From positions 88,651-152,650 of the forward strand of contig CASEAH010000011.1 of the NCBI GenBank assembly GCA_949285935.1: a DNA stretch of 64,000 bases. Direction: 5' to 3'. The notes under the pieces were generated by a model. It did not search any database and was not told the DNA's origin. It saw only the letters and a program-made list of their open reading frames with translations. The position numbers and the translations under genes are program-made. Every line of letters begins with the position of its first letter. Position 1 is the stretch's first letter. Of this stretch, positions 20,608-30,486 are shown piece by piece. The stretch comes from an uncultured Oscillospiraceae bacterium (lineage in GTDB: Bacteria; Bacillota; Clostridia; Oscillospirales; Ruminococcaceae).

Positions 20608-21102
20608 ATGCATAAGATTCTGGTGATCGGGTGCCCGGGCGCGGGCAAAAGCACCTTTGCCCGGCGTCTGCGGGATGCAACCGGACTTCCTCTGTATTAC
20701 CTGGATATGCTTTGGCATAAACCTGATAAAACCACCGTTTCCGCCCATGAATTTGACGCCCGGGTGACGGAAATCATCCAGGCGGATCGTTGGATCCTGG
20801 ATGGAAACTATCTGCGCACTCTGGAAATGCGGCTGGTCCGATGTGATACGGTATTTCTTCTGGATTATCCATTGGAGGAGTGCCTCCTGGGCGCCCAGTC
20901 CCGCATCGGCAAACAGCGGGAAGACCTTCCCTGGACCGAGACGGAATTTGACCCGGAGTTCCGGCAATGGATCCTGGATTTTCCCCGGGATCAGCTGCCG
21001 CAAATTTATAAGCTCCTGGGAAAATACCGGCAGGGCCGAAAGGTTTTCATATTCCGCAGCCGAAAAGATGCGGAGGATTTTATGAAAAGTATGGAATCCT
21101 GA
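20608..21102 (+). CDS. FlaR/adenylate-kinase-like P-loop protein
   Basis: ILVIGCPGAGKSTFAR, LDMLWH, WILDGNY. Confidence 0.85.
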   Translation: MHKILVIGCPGAGKSTFARRLRDATGLPLYYLDMLWHKPDKTTVSAHEFDARVTEIIQADRWILDGNYLRTLEMRLVRCDTVFLLDYPLEECLLGAQSRIGKQREDLPWTETEFDPEFRQWILDFPRDQLPQIYKLLGKYRQGRKVFIFRSRKDAEDFMKSMES

Positions 21103-21304
21103 CCGGCCCTCCCAAACTGGTGCAAACCAGAACTGCCGTCCCCGTAGAAAGAAATTCTGGGAAACGTATAAAACCGGTACCTTTCAAGCCACAGCAGCTT
21201 AAAGGCACCGGTTTTTTTATCCGTTTTTCAGGGGTCCGCCCCATCTTATGGTTTTTAAATGATCGCCATGAGGTCTGTCGGCAGTTTCGTTACTCGCATC
21301 GCTG

Positions 21305-21541
21305 GATGCTTGAAAGAAAAGCTTTTTACAGGGCACCTCCGTCGGCAAAGCCGGAAGCTTGCATTGGCACTATAAGGGCCTACTGCTATGTATTTCCAGC
21401 TGCACTGAATGTTCCCTGCGTCACCTGCCCTGCAGCTCGTAAACGAGCGGTCGCTGGTTTAACGAAAGTTGTCTCGGTGATCACTCACTGTCATCAACTT
21501 GCTTCGCTCGTTTCTTCAAATTAAAACTTTTGCAGAGCATC
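21305..21541. repeat. Candidate non-coding dispersed repeat / degenerate MITE
   Basis: Imperfect terminal IR GATGCT..AAAAG at both ends; internal hairpin GCTCGTAAACGAGC; single copy in this window. Confidence 0.3.
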
Positions 21542-21650
21542 TTCACCGGCAGTGCCTGTGGTTTGCCATACAAAAAGGAGTTTTTCTTTCTTCATCATCG
21601 GCACAAGCCTTCTTTTGAACCACACGACTATCGTGTGGTTTTCTCCATAC

Positions 21651-21679
21651 AAAAACAGGCCGGGAAAAGTCCCGGCCTG
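21651..21679 (-). terminator. Terminator of the hydrogenase operon
   Basis: CAGGCCGGGA/TCCCGGCCTG stem with T5 on the minus strand. Confidence 0.75.
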
Positions 21680-21700
21680 CCAGTTTCAAACAGCGTAGTT

Positions 21701-23158
21701 TTATTCCATGGCCTTCACGGCTCGCAAAGCACCGGTGATGGTCTTTTCCATGGCTTCCTTGCCGTACTTGTCCACTTCCGCCTTGTTTTTGGGGCCATGG
21801 GTGATGCAGCCGGCACCGTTGATACAGCCGCCCTGACAGGCCATGCCCTCAATAAAGTTCTCCGCCAAAACGCCTTTATTGGCCTTAAGCAGCGCCACCC
21901 GGCACTCCTCAATGCCATCGCAGACCGCAGCTTTCAGCTGGAAAGTTCCCTCCGGCAGATCCATTTCCTTGATCCCCTGAGCTACCGCGTCGCTGAGGCC
22001 GCCGCTGCGGGCAAAAATTCGCCCGTAGTAAGAGGCGTTGTCCAGGGGGCTTTCCTCCAGCTCCTCCACAGCGATGCCCCGGCTGTCCAGCAGGGCCTGA
22101 AGCTCCTCAAAGGTGATGGCACAATCCACGTAGGGGCGGACGGTTTCCATGCGGATCTCCTGCTTCTTGGCCGTACAGGGGCCAATAAAGATGACCTTGG
22201 CATCGGGATCGGCTTTTTTGATAAACCGGCCCAGTTCCGCCATGGGAGAAAGATTATGGGAAATATGCTCGGCCATCTGTGGAAACTGGGTGCGGATATA
22301 TGTGACAAAGGCCGGGCAGCAGGAGGAGGTGAGGAAACCTTTTTCCACCAGCTCTGCCGCTTCCTTGTGGGCCACCATGTCGGCTCCCAGGGCCACCTCC
22401 ACCACATTGTGGAAGCCCAGCGCCCGGATGCCGCTGACTACCTGGCCGATTTTGGCATAGGCAAACTGGCTGACAATGGCGGGGGCAATGATGGCATAGG
22501 TCTTATAGCGGGTGTTGTCTCTGGAATCCCGAAGGATATCAATGGCGTCCAGGATGTAGGATTTGTCCATCACCGCGCCAAAGGGGCACTGATAGACGCA
22601 GGCGCCGCAGCCGGTACATTTGCTCTGGTTGATGTGGGCCTTTTTATCGGTGGGGTCCATTTTGATGGCGCCAATCTTACAGGCCTGCTCACAGGGGCGC
22701 ACCGCCTTGATGATGGCGCTGTAAGGACAGCCCTGGAGGCACTTGCCGCACTCAATGCACTTGTCGTGGTCGATGACGGCATGATGATTCTGAATGGTAA
22801 TGGCATGTGCCGGACAATTATCCACACAGCGATGAGCGATGCACCCCCGGCAGGCGGGAGTCACATTGTAGCTGTGGACGGGGCATTCGTCGCATGCAAT
22901 ATCCAGCACCTCGATGATGGGATCTCCGGGATCTTCCAGGTTGCCGCCCATGGCTACCCGCACCCGCTCGGTAACGATGGCCCGCTCCTTGTAAACGCAG
23001 CAGCGCATGGTTGCTTCTTTGCCGGGGATGATCAGCTTGGGGATATCATAATAGGCGCGGTCCAGCTTGCCTTCATAGGCAAAATCCGCCACAGCGCGCA
23101 GCACCTTGTATTTGAGCTGTTGTACGTTGGTGTCGAATGTCCTTTTTCTGGCTTCCAT
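21701..23158 (-). CDS. hfsD: Monomeric [FeFe]-hydrogenase (HfsD-like)
   Basis: RCCVYKER, multiple CxxCxxCxxxCP, H-cluster motifs TSSCCPAF, GPCTAKKQE, EGMACQGGCING. Confidence 0.85.
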   Translation of the reverse strand: MEARKRTFDTNVQQLKYKVLRAVADFAYEGKLDRAYYDIPKLIIPGKEATMRCCVYKERAIVTERVRVAMGGNLEDPGDPIIEVLDIACDECPVHSYNVTPACRGCIAHRCVDNCPAHAITIQNHHAVIDHDKCIECGKCLQGCPYSAIIKAVRPCEQACKIGAIKMDPTDKKAHINQSKCTGCGACVYQCPFGAVMDKSYILDAIDILRDSRDNTRYKTYAIIAPAIVSQFAYAKIGQVVSGIRALGFHNVVEVALGADMVAHKEAAELVEKGFLTSSCCPAFVTYIRTQFPQMAEHISHNLSPMAELGRFIKKADPDAKVIFIGPCTAKKQEIRMETVRPYVDCAITFEELQALLDSRGIAVEELEESPLDNASYYGRIFARSGGLSDAVAQGIKEMDLPEGTFQLKAAVCDGIEECRVALLKANKGVLAENFIEGMACQGGCINGAGCITHGPKNKAEVDKYGKEAMEKTITGALRAVKAME

Positions 23159-23237
23159 GGAAGATCACGTTTCCTTTTTTAAAAATTTTATTTTACAGAG
23201 CGCCGGGAGCTGCGGCTGACGCAGGATTCCGGCAGAA

Positions 23238-24413
23238 TTAATAGTAAGTCATGGAAATATGCTTGCCCATCTGACCCAGGTACTTGGACAGATCCTCGAT
23301 CAGGCGCATCTTAATACTGAGGTTGATGGGCAGGTCCGGGTTCTGATGGGCGGGATTGATGGCCCGGCCCACATAGAAGCTGACATCCGTGGCTTCCTCA
23401 AAAAGCATCCGCCCAATGAGGGAAGCGCCGTCCTTGCCGGAGCGCCACATGCTGTCGGTATCCTGAGTGGAGATATATTTTTCCGCCAGTTCCACCACCC
23501 GGCTCAGGGTGATCACGCCTTCGGTGACCAGGTCTACCCCCTTGATGGCGGCGATGGGCGGGATCTTGGGATCATAATAATCCATACTGGCTGTCACCGG
23601 CTGCCCCAGATACCGCCCCACAATGGTGGATGTGGTGCCGCCGCAGACAATGTGCTTGCCCTCTTCGGCAAAAAACTGCTCCATGATCCGGGCGTCGTCC
23701 GCGGGGTTCACCGGCGGGCCGATCATCAGGCTCACATGCTGGCGGCGGCGCAGCCGTATCGCCGCCACCGTGGTGTCGTCGCCGGGAAGATCCATATACA
23801 GGTCCCGGCAGGCGTCGCAAATGGTGGCAGCCATGGACTTGGCCGACATTTCGGGGGTGTACTTACGCTGGGCATAGTCAATGATTTCCGGCTCCTGCCA
23901 GCCAAAGTTGAGGACCGTCCCCACGCCGGCGTGAACGGCGCCGTCGCTCATCATGATAAACAGATCCCCTTCCTGGCCGGGAAAGGCTGTCTCGTAAATA
24001 CTTTTGCCGGCAATGACCCGCTTTTCAGCGTGGTATTTCACCGACTTTCCGCCCCGGAGAATAATGACGGAGGGATTGTCAAACTGGGTGATATCCACCT
24101 GCCCGGTAATTTTGTCCGCCTTGAGGATAGTAAAGGTGGAATAAGCCACCTGGCGCTGGGAGCAGACCGGAAGTGTCTGGGCGATGGTCTCCACACACTC
24201 CTCCAGCGGCAGGCCGCTGGCCAGCATGGTGGAGATGATCTTGGAAGTGAGGGTAGAAAGGATGTTGGCCTTGACGCCGCTGCCCAGGCCGTCGGCCAGC
24301 ACCATCAGGAAGCTGTCCTCCAGATTCTGGCACTCCACCCGGTCTCCGCACAGCTCTTCTCCCGCTTTGTTCAGGCTCAGCCAGCCGGCCTCGATGTACA
24401 GCTTGCTATTCAT
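23238..24413 (-). CDS. hfsC: SpoIIE/PP2C-type Ser/Thr phosphatase (HfsC-like)
   Basis: EELCGD, LADGLGSG, MSDG, GDDTT. Confidence 0.88.
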   Translation of the reverse strand: MNSKLYIEAGWLSLNKAGEELCGDRVECQNLEDSFLMVLADGLGSGVKANILSTLTSKIISTMLASGLPLEECVETIAQTLPVCSQRQVAYSTFTILKADKITGQVDITQFDNPSVIILRGGKSVKYHAEKRVIAGKSIYETAFPGQEGDLFIMMSDGAVHAGVGTVLNFGWQEPEIIDYAQRKYTPEMSAKSMAATICDACRDLYMDLPGDDTTVAAIRLRRRQHVSLMIGPPVNPADDARIMEQFFAEEGKHIVCGGTTSTIVGRYLGQPVTASMDYYDPKIPPIAAIKGVDLVTEGVITLSRVVELAEKYISTQDTDSMWRSGKDGASLIGRMLFEEATDVSFYVGRAINPAHQNPDLPINLSIKMRLIEDLSKYLGQMGKHISMTYY

Positions 24414-26130
24414 GTGCCTTTCCCTCCGCGTAAACGGCCTGTTTCAGCTTGGTAAGGGCAATTTTGGTTTCGGCAGTAGTCTCTCCCAACAGGCTGGCGA
24501 TCTCCTGGACCACCCGCATCTGCTTCTGGATGACCTGGTCGGTCACCTCCGCCGTCTGCCGCTGGAATTCCTGGTTTTTCTTTTCTTCCCGCTCCTGCTC
24601 GGTAATATCTTTCATCAGCAGGATCAGCAGCTTGCTGTCAATATCGTAGACGATGGTCTCCTCCACATACCGCTGGAGGTTCTCCAGCCATACCTTTTTG
24701 TCCCGGATGCTTCTGCCGTCCTCCAGCACAAAGAGGCAGTCGGTAAGGTCCAGGTAATCTCCCACCGGCTTATGGATCAGATCCGCTCCCCGGTCCTGCC
24801 CCAGCAGAGTGCGGGCCGCGCTGTTGATCTGCTGGATGTTAAGATTTTCATCCAGTACCAGGATGGCGTTGGGCGTACTGCTGATGACCTTGTCGGAAAG
24901 GGATTCCGCCCGTTCCATCATGTAGGGCAGGCACATGGAGATATCGGCCTTGCCGTGATAAACCGCCTTGGCCTTTTCCCGGCAGGTGGGGTAGCCGCAG
25001 CAGCCGCAGTTCAGCTCCTGCTCGGTGCTGAATTTCCCCGTTTTTTCCAGGATCAGGCGGATCTGCTCCTCACTGGGGTCTTCTTCCACTACGGGATCGG
25101 GAACAAAGGTGCGCTCCAGCGGCAGCGAAACGGAAGCGACCGGCTCAAAGTCCCGGTTTTCCATGGCATCCGGGTAGCCCGGGGCCGCATAATCAGTCAC
25201 CTTGTTGTTGCACTCCAGCATACCGCCCCGGAAAGAAAGCACCATGGGGCCGCCGATGCAGCTGCCTTCGCAGATACTCATTTCAATAAAGCACCGGTGC
25301 AGTCCGCCCCCCTCAATATCCTTGAGAGCCGCGATGCATTTCTGGGCGCCGTCCACCGCATAATAGCGATAGCCGGTCCCGGCCCGATCCATGCTCTGAA
25401 TGATCCCGCCTGTTTTGGGGAAAAACCGGCTGCGGCGTTCCCGCCGGTCACAGGGGGGCAGCTGGGGGGTGACCTGCACGCTTTCCCGCCAGTCGGAAAG
25501 CCACTGGCGCACCTCGCCAAAGGTGAGGACACAATCCACGGCGCTTCCTTCTTCTTCGGCCTCCGCCTTTTTGGCGATGCAGGGGCTGATAAACACCACA
25601 TAAGCGTCAGGATCCAAGGCTTTCAGGTACCGGGCATGGGCTTCCATAGGGGAGATCACCGGCGCCAGGCAGTCGGTAAGGTGGGGGAAATATTTCCGTA
25701 CCAGGCTGGTAGCTGCGGGGCAGCAGGTGGAGATGATAATATCCTGCTTCCCTTCCCGCACCATCCGTTCATACTCTTTTTTGACAATATGGGCTCCCAT
25801 GGCGGTTTCTTCCGCATCGGAAAAACCCAGATGCCCCAGGAGCACCCGCATGGCCTCAATCCCCTCAACGGGATAGTCTACAATAAAGGAAGGCGCCACA
25901 CTGGCCACCACCCGCCGGCCCCGTGCGATGGCTTCCCGCACCCGCCACACATCGGAACGCACCTCTTTGGCGTGCTGGGGGCAGCTGACCACACATTGCC
26001 CGCACAGGATACATTCTTTGGTGATGATCCTGGCCTGCTGTTGGGAAAATTCAATGGATTTTACCGGGCAGACGCGGATACAGCGATGGCAGTTTTTACA
26101 ATTGGCTTTTTTCAGCCCCAGTATCTCCAT
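24406..26130 (-). CDS. hfsB: Sensory [FeFe]-hydrogenase with FeS and PAS domains (HfsB/HydS-like)
   Basis: 2x4Fe-4S N-terminus, STCCPA, SPCIAKKAE, EMSICEGSCIGG, LNCGCCGYPTC, C-terminal PAS (TPNAILVLD..IN) and QEIASLLGETTAE helix. Confidence 0.88.
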   Translation of the reverse strand: MEILGLKKANCKNCHRCIRVCPVKSIEFSQQQARIITKECILCGQCVVSCPQHAKEVRSDVWRVREAIARGRRVVASVAPSFIVDYPVEGIEAMRVLLGHLGFSDAEETAMGAHIVKKEYERMVREGKQDIIISTCCPAATSLVRKYFPHLTDCLAPVISPMEAHARYLKALDPDAYVVFISPCIAKKAEAEEEGSAVDCVLTFGEVRQWLSDWRESVQVTPQLPPCDRRERRSRFFPKTGGIIQSMDRAGTGYRYYAVDGAQKCIAALKDIEGGGLHRCFIEMSICEGSCIGGPMVLSFRGGMLECNNKVTDYAAPGYPDAMENRDFEPVASVSLPLERTFVPDPVVEEDPSEEQIRLILEKTGKFSTEQELNCGCCGYPTCREKAKAVYHGKADISMCLPYMMERAESLSDKVISSTPNAILVLDENLNIQQINSAARTLLGQDRGADLIHKPVGDYLDLTDCLFVLEDGRSIRDKKVWLENLQRYVEETIVYDIDSKLLILLMKDITEQEREEKKNQEFQRQTAEVTDQVIQKQMRVVQEIASLLGETTAETKIALTKLKQAVYAEGKAHE

Positions 26131-26132
26131 TT

Positions 26133-26384
26133 TCAGCCCTCCGAGGCAGCCAGTTCCCGCTCCAGGATCTGGGCTACATTCTCCTTGGTAACGCCGGTGA
26201 CAATATGGTCGTCCACCTTGATGGTTACGCCGTCAATACAATGTCCCAGGCAAAAGGACGCGTTCAGCTCCACTTTCTGGTCCAGTCCCTTCTGAGCCAG
26301 CAGAGCCTTCAGCGCCTCGATGATATCGTAAGAGCCTTTAAGATGGCAGGAGCTGCCAATACATACAGAAATGGTTTTCATCAC
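26133..26384 (-). CDS. hfsA: Thioredoxin-like [2Fe-2S] ferredoxin (HfsA-like)
   Basis: VCIGSSCHLKGS...FCLGHC. Confidence 0.88.
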   Translation of the reverse strand: MMKTISVCIGSSCHLKGSYDIIEALKALLAQKGLDQKVELNASFCLGHCIDGVTIKVDDHIVTGVTKENVAQILERELAASEG

Positions 26385-26432
26385 GATGTCCTCACTTCCC
26401 TGGTTAAGATTTGATACAGGATCGCTGCTATC

Positions 26433-26497
26433 ATTTTACCTTATCCGGGCTTGTATTTCAATGGTTGGAAGCACCATGTTTGTGAAGTTTTTCACAA
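26433..26497 (-). promoter_or_regulatory. hfs promoter with Rex operator
   Basis: Minus TTGAAA-17nt-TAAAAT; perfect TTGTGAA-GTTT-TTCACAA at 26480-26497. Confidence 0.85.
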
Positions 26498-27362
26498 TTT
26501 TTCTTTATGTTTTTGTCCAAATGGCACAACATTTTTTATTGAATCAAAAGTGCTGCTTATACCGGCGGCATATACCCGCTCCAAAAGAGCATGATGCCGG
26601 TTCGCATCCCAAAAGGCATCAAAATCCAGTCGGCTCATCGCGTGGGGGTCAGCCACCAAAACGGTAAACTGTCCGAAAATGAGTGCTTTTAGTTTTTATC
26701 ACAATCATTTCTTATCATTTGCCTCATTCCGTTCAGAAAGCCAATTTCTTTTATCTGCGCCGGCAGAGCCGGAGGATTGATTCCTCCAAAACATCCTTAG
26801 AGCTGCCTTCGGCTGTGCCGGTAGCTGCGTCCCGCAAAAAGCTTTTCCTTCAAGTGCCGGGCAAAGCCAGTTGGCGGCCGTCCGCTTTCCAGAGCAGTAA
26901 CCCACCAAAGCTGCCGGCAAAACAGCTGCCCGCTGGCAGGGACGAAAATAAGCGTTTCTATAAAAGAAAACCCGGCAGGTGTTGGGACCTTGTCGGCAGC
27001 TGCAGCTTTCCGGAACACCCGTAGCCGCATTCTTTCTGCAGAGATCAGTTCCCTGCTTGTTTATACAGGAACCTAAAAATCATTCGTGACTGTGCTCCGG
27101 ACCTCCCGTTTTCTCTCTGCTTTTGTACAAACCTTATTTCCCCGTGTCCGCCCCCGGATTCGTGGAATTTCGCCAAAATCCCCCCGCAAATGATTGACAT
27201 TCCCCCGAAAGTTGGGATACACTAAATGTGTTCTGTTCCGGTTTCGCGGCAGTGGAACCAGCGTGTGGAACCACATGTTTTGATCTTTCCGGGGGACCCT
27301 CTGTTTTTGCCTTTTTTGCGGGCTCCCGTGTCTATTTCTGCAAAAGGGGGAACCTGAAATCC

Positions 27363-28523
27363 ATGGCGGCCAATCTTACTATTACCAACGCCAAAGCAGT
27401 GACAGGAGGGCGGGTCCTGTCCTGCAACCTGCGGATCGCCGAAGGAAAGATCCGCGGCATCCTTCCGCCGGGAGATACCTACGGAAAAACCTATGATGCC
27501 CGGGGATGCCTGATTCTTCCCGGTTTTATTGACGTGCACACCCATGGGGGGTGCAACGTGGACTTCAACAACGCCGAACCCAAGGACATCCGTGCCGCCC
27601 GGGATTTTTTTGCCTCCCAGGGCGTTACCACCTTCCTGCCCACCATCCTGGCAGATTCCGAAGAAACCATGCTCCGGGCCGCTGTTTCTATCGTCAAGGC
27701 CCGTAAGTCCCTGGGCTGCTCCCAAATCGGCGGCATCCATCTGGAAGGGCCCTTTCTGGCGCCCGACTACCGGGGGGACCTTCCCGCCGAACTGCTCCAG
27801 ACACCCTCCTATGCCGCTTACCGCCGTCTCCAGGATGCTGCCGAGGGCTTGGTGCGTCTGGTGACCCTGTCCCCTGAGCTTCCCGAAGCTATGGGACTGA
27901 TCCGCCGCCTCACCGAGGAAGGGATCCGGGTTTCTCTGGGCCACACGGGAGCGGATTATGATACCGCCTGCGAAGCCATTGATGTGGGGGCCGTCAGCGC
28001 CACCCACACCCTCAACGCCATGGCCTGGATGACCCTGTCTGCTCCCTCCGTCTCCACCGCCGTGCTGGAAAGCGACATCTTCTGCGAGGCCATCTGTGAC
28101 GGACGGCATCTGCATCCCGCCATTCTTCGGCTGCTTATTAAAACCAAGGGCCTGCACCGGGTAGTGGCGGTCACCGACAGCACCATGGCTGCGGGTCTCA
28201 GCGACGGCGTTTACCGTCTGGGTTCCGTGGAAGTGGTGGTACGCAAGGGAGAAGCCCGGCTGTTCCGTTCCGGAGAACGGGCGGGCAGCACCCTGACCAT
28301 GCTGGCTTCCCTGCGGAACCTGATGAAATTTACCGGCCTGCCCGTGGAGCAGGCAATGCTTCCCCTTACTGAAAATCCTGCCCGGCTGTTGGGCATTTCC
28401 CATCAAAAAGGAGCCATCGATGTAGGCAAGGATGCGGACCTGGTGGTTCTTGACAGCAACTGGAAGGTGCGTACCACCTTCTCCATGGGGGAAATCCTCT
28501 ATTCTGACGAAACCGGGCGGTAA
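27363..28523 (+). CDS. nagA: N-acetylglucosamine-6-phosphate deacetylase-like amidohydrolase
   Basis: PGFIDVHTHG, HLEGPFL, LGHT, THTLNAM, DGRHLHP, VTDS, AGSTLTM; upstream TTGACA promoter at 27194. Confidence 0.8.
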   Translation: MAANLTITNAKAVTGGRVLSCNLRIAEGKIRGILPPGDTYGKTYDARGCLILPGFIDVHTHGGCNVDFNNAEPKDIRAARDFFASQGVTTFLPTILADSEETMLRAAVSIVKARKSLGCSQIGGIHLEGPFLAPDYRGDLPAELLQTPSYAAYRRLQDAAEGLVRLVTLSPELPEAMGLIRRLTEEGIRVSLGHTGADYDTACEAIDVGAVSATHTLNAMAWMTLSAPSVSTAVLESDIFCEAICDGRHLHPAILRLLIKTKGLHRVVAVTDSTMAAGLSDGVYRLGSVEVVVRKGEARLFRSGERAGSTLTMLASLRNLMKFTGLPVEQAMLPLTENPARLLGISHQKGAIDVGKDADLVVLDSNWKVRTTFSMGEILYSDETGR

Positions 28524-28572
28524 TCCTGAGATTCTCCGCCTACTTTTAAAACCGAAAGGACCCAATACCCCT

Positions 28573-29232
28573 ATGATTACGTTTGAGCAGGTAAAAAACA
28601 ACCACGATATCCGGGTGTATATCCAGAAAGCCGACGAGGCGCTGATCGCTCTGGGTTACACCGAACACAGCTTCCCCCATATGACCAAGGTTTCCCGCGA
28701 CGCCCGGGACATCCTGTTGACCCTGGGGTACCCGGAGCGGGAAGCGGAACTGGCCCAGATCGCCGGGTATCTCCATGATATCGGCAATGTGGTCAACCGC
28801 ATCGACCATGCCCAGAGCGGCGCCATCATGGCGTTCCGGCTCCTGGACCGGATGGGCGCCAGCGCCGAGGATCTGGCGGTGATTATCAGCGCCATCGGCA
28901 ACCATGACGAAAGCACCGCCTTCCCGGTCAATCCGGTGGCGGCGGCCCTGATCCTGGCGGATAAAAGCGACGTGCGCCGCAGCCGGGTCCGCAACAACGA
29001 TTTTGCCTCTTTTGATATCCATGACCGGGTCAACTACGCCGTGAAGGAATCCTCGGCGGCCATCTCGGAGGATAAAAAGGCCTTTGTGCTCAACATCACC
29101 ATCGATACCGCCATCTCCGCGGTGATGGACTATTTTGAAATTTTCCTTTCCCGGATGATCCTCTGCCGCCGGGCGGCGGAAAAGCTGGGTCTTCATTTCC
29201 GGCTGATTATTAACGGCCAGGTGGTGCTGTGA
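28573..29232 (+). CDS. HD-domain phosphohydrolase
   Basis: GYTEHSFPH, YLHDIGN, DHAQSG, GNHDE, LADKSD. Confidence 0.9.
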   Translation: MITFEQVKNNHDIRVYIQKADEALIALGYTEHSFPHMTKVSRDARDILLTLGYPEREAELAQIAGYLHDIGNVVNRIDHAQSGAIMAFRLLDRMGASAEDLAVIISAIGNHDESTAFPVNPVAAALILADKSDVRRSRVRNNDFASFDIHDRVNYAVKESSAAISEDKKAFVLNITIDTAISAVMDYFEIFLSRMILCRRAAEKLGLHFRLIINGQVVL

Positions 29233-30044
29233 TCGCCGCAGCGCCTCCTCTGGATCTGCCCCGGGACCTTCTTCCCCTTGCCCCGGTCCTGACCCAGGCT
29301 TTTCAATCCGCTTTGGGCTGCCAGGCGGCAGGGTTGTGGGTCTTCGGGTCTGCCGCCCATGGCCACTGGAATCCCCGGCGGGCGGATCTGGATCTGTTGG
29401 CGGTGGTGGAGGAGCCTTTGGAACAGGGTCCCAAGCTGGCTTTGCTGGAGGCACTGGAAAGATTGTGGCCCATGACCCCTCCCGGTGGGCTGGAAATCAC
29501 CGTAGTGCTTCGGGACGTAGCGGCCCGGCCCTTTTTCCCCACTCCCTACGAATTTCACTACTCTCCCGGATGGCGGGCGGTATTCCGCCGGGATCCTCTT
29601 TCCCTGTGCAGCGGCGTCTACCGCACCGACCGGGAACTGCTGATTGCCTTTGCACTTGTCCGTATCTGGGGGATCCCTCTTTTAGGTCCTCCGGCAGAGA
29701 CGTTTTTTTCCCAGCCTTCCCGCGACGATATGATGTCCGCCTTCCTGCACCGGGCCCGGCGGTTATCGGAGGCTTTTGGGAACGATCCCACCCCGACGGT
29801 GCTGGAGCTGTGCCGGGGGCTGGCTTTTGCCCGGGAGGAGTTGATCCTGTCCCGTGAGGAAGCCGGGCGGTGGGCCCAGGCTTGTCTGCCCCGGTGGAGC
29901 TGGCTCATTTCCCGGGCGCTGGAGGACTACAAGGGCTGCTATCGCTATGGCACGGAAGGGGGCGACGCCTTCTGCTGCGCTGTTTTGGAAGAACTGTCCC
30001 AACGGGCTTCGGCAGAATTGCCGGAAGCGCATGCCGGCTTTTAA
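29229..30044 (+). CDS. AadA-like (DUF4111) Pol-beta nucleotidyltransferase
   Basis: VFGSAAHG..ADLDLL, GLEITVV, LLGPPAETFF, LSREEAGRWA; GTGA overlap with the HD gene. Confidence 0.78.
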   Translation: MIAAAPPLDLPRDLLPLAPVLTQAFQSALGCQAAGLWVFGSAAHGHWNPRRADLDLLAVVEEPLEQGPKLALLEALERLWPMTPPGGLEITVVLRDVAARPFFPTPYEFHYSPGWRAVFRRDPLSLCSGVYRTDRELLIAFALVRIWGIPLLGPPAETFFSQPSRDDMMSAFLHRARRLSEAFGNDPTPTVLELCRGLAFAREELILSREEAGRWAQACLPRWSWLISRALEDYKGCYRYGTEGGDAFCCAVLEELSQRASAELPEAHAGF

Positions 30045-30486
30045 AGGTAAAATGCTGCCCCTTGCCCCCTGACCCCCAGCCGCCCTCGCTCCTATTGATT
30101 CCGGGAAGATGCGCCGTTCCCGGCGTTTTCCGGGCTGTTCCACAGATGCTGCCTTCGGGAAACCGTCAAGGATCTTCCCTTGTCTGCGTGCTCCCATTAT
30201 ACATGCCGCCGGGATTTTTCCGTATCCTGTCATTCTATAAAATTGACATCGCCCTCCCTCGCTCCAAAAACGGGAGGGCCGAATCTTTTTGCAGTAAAAA
30301 CACAAATTTTTACCACATTTATTCCAGAAAGGTTCCAACAGACAAAAATCATTCCTTTTTTGGAAAGTCCTTCAATATTTTCGGGCTGTGCATCGTATTA
30401 TTAGCGAAAGCATTTACAGGGATTCCCAAAAACTATTTTTGCTACCGCATTTCGCAATCCTTTCTGTTCCCAAAGGAGGTACCAGT

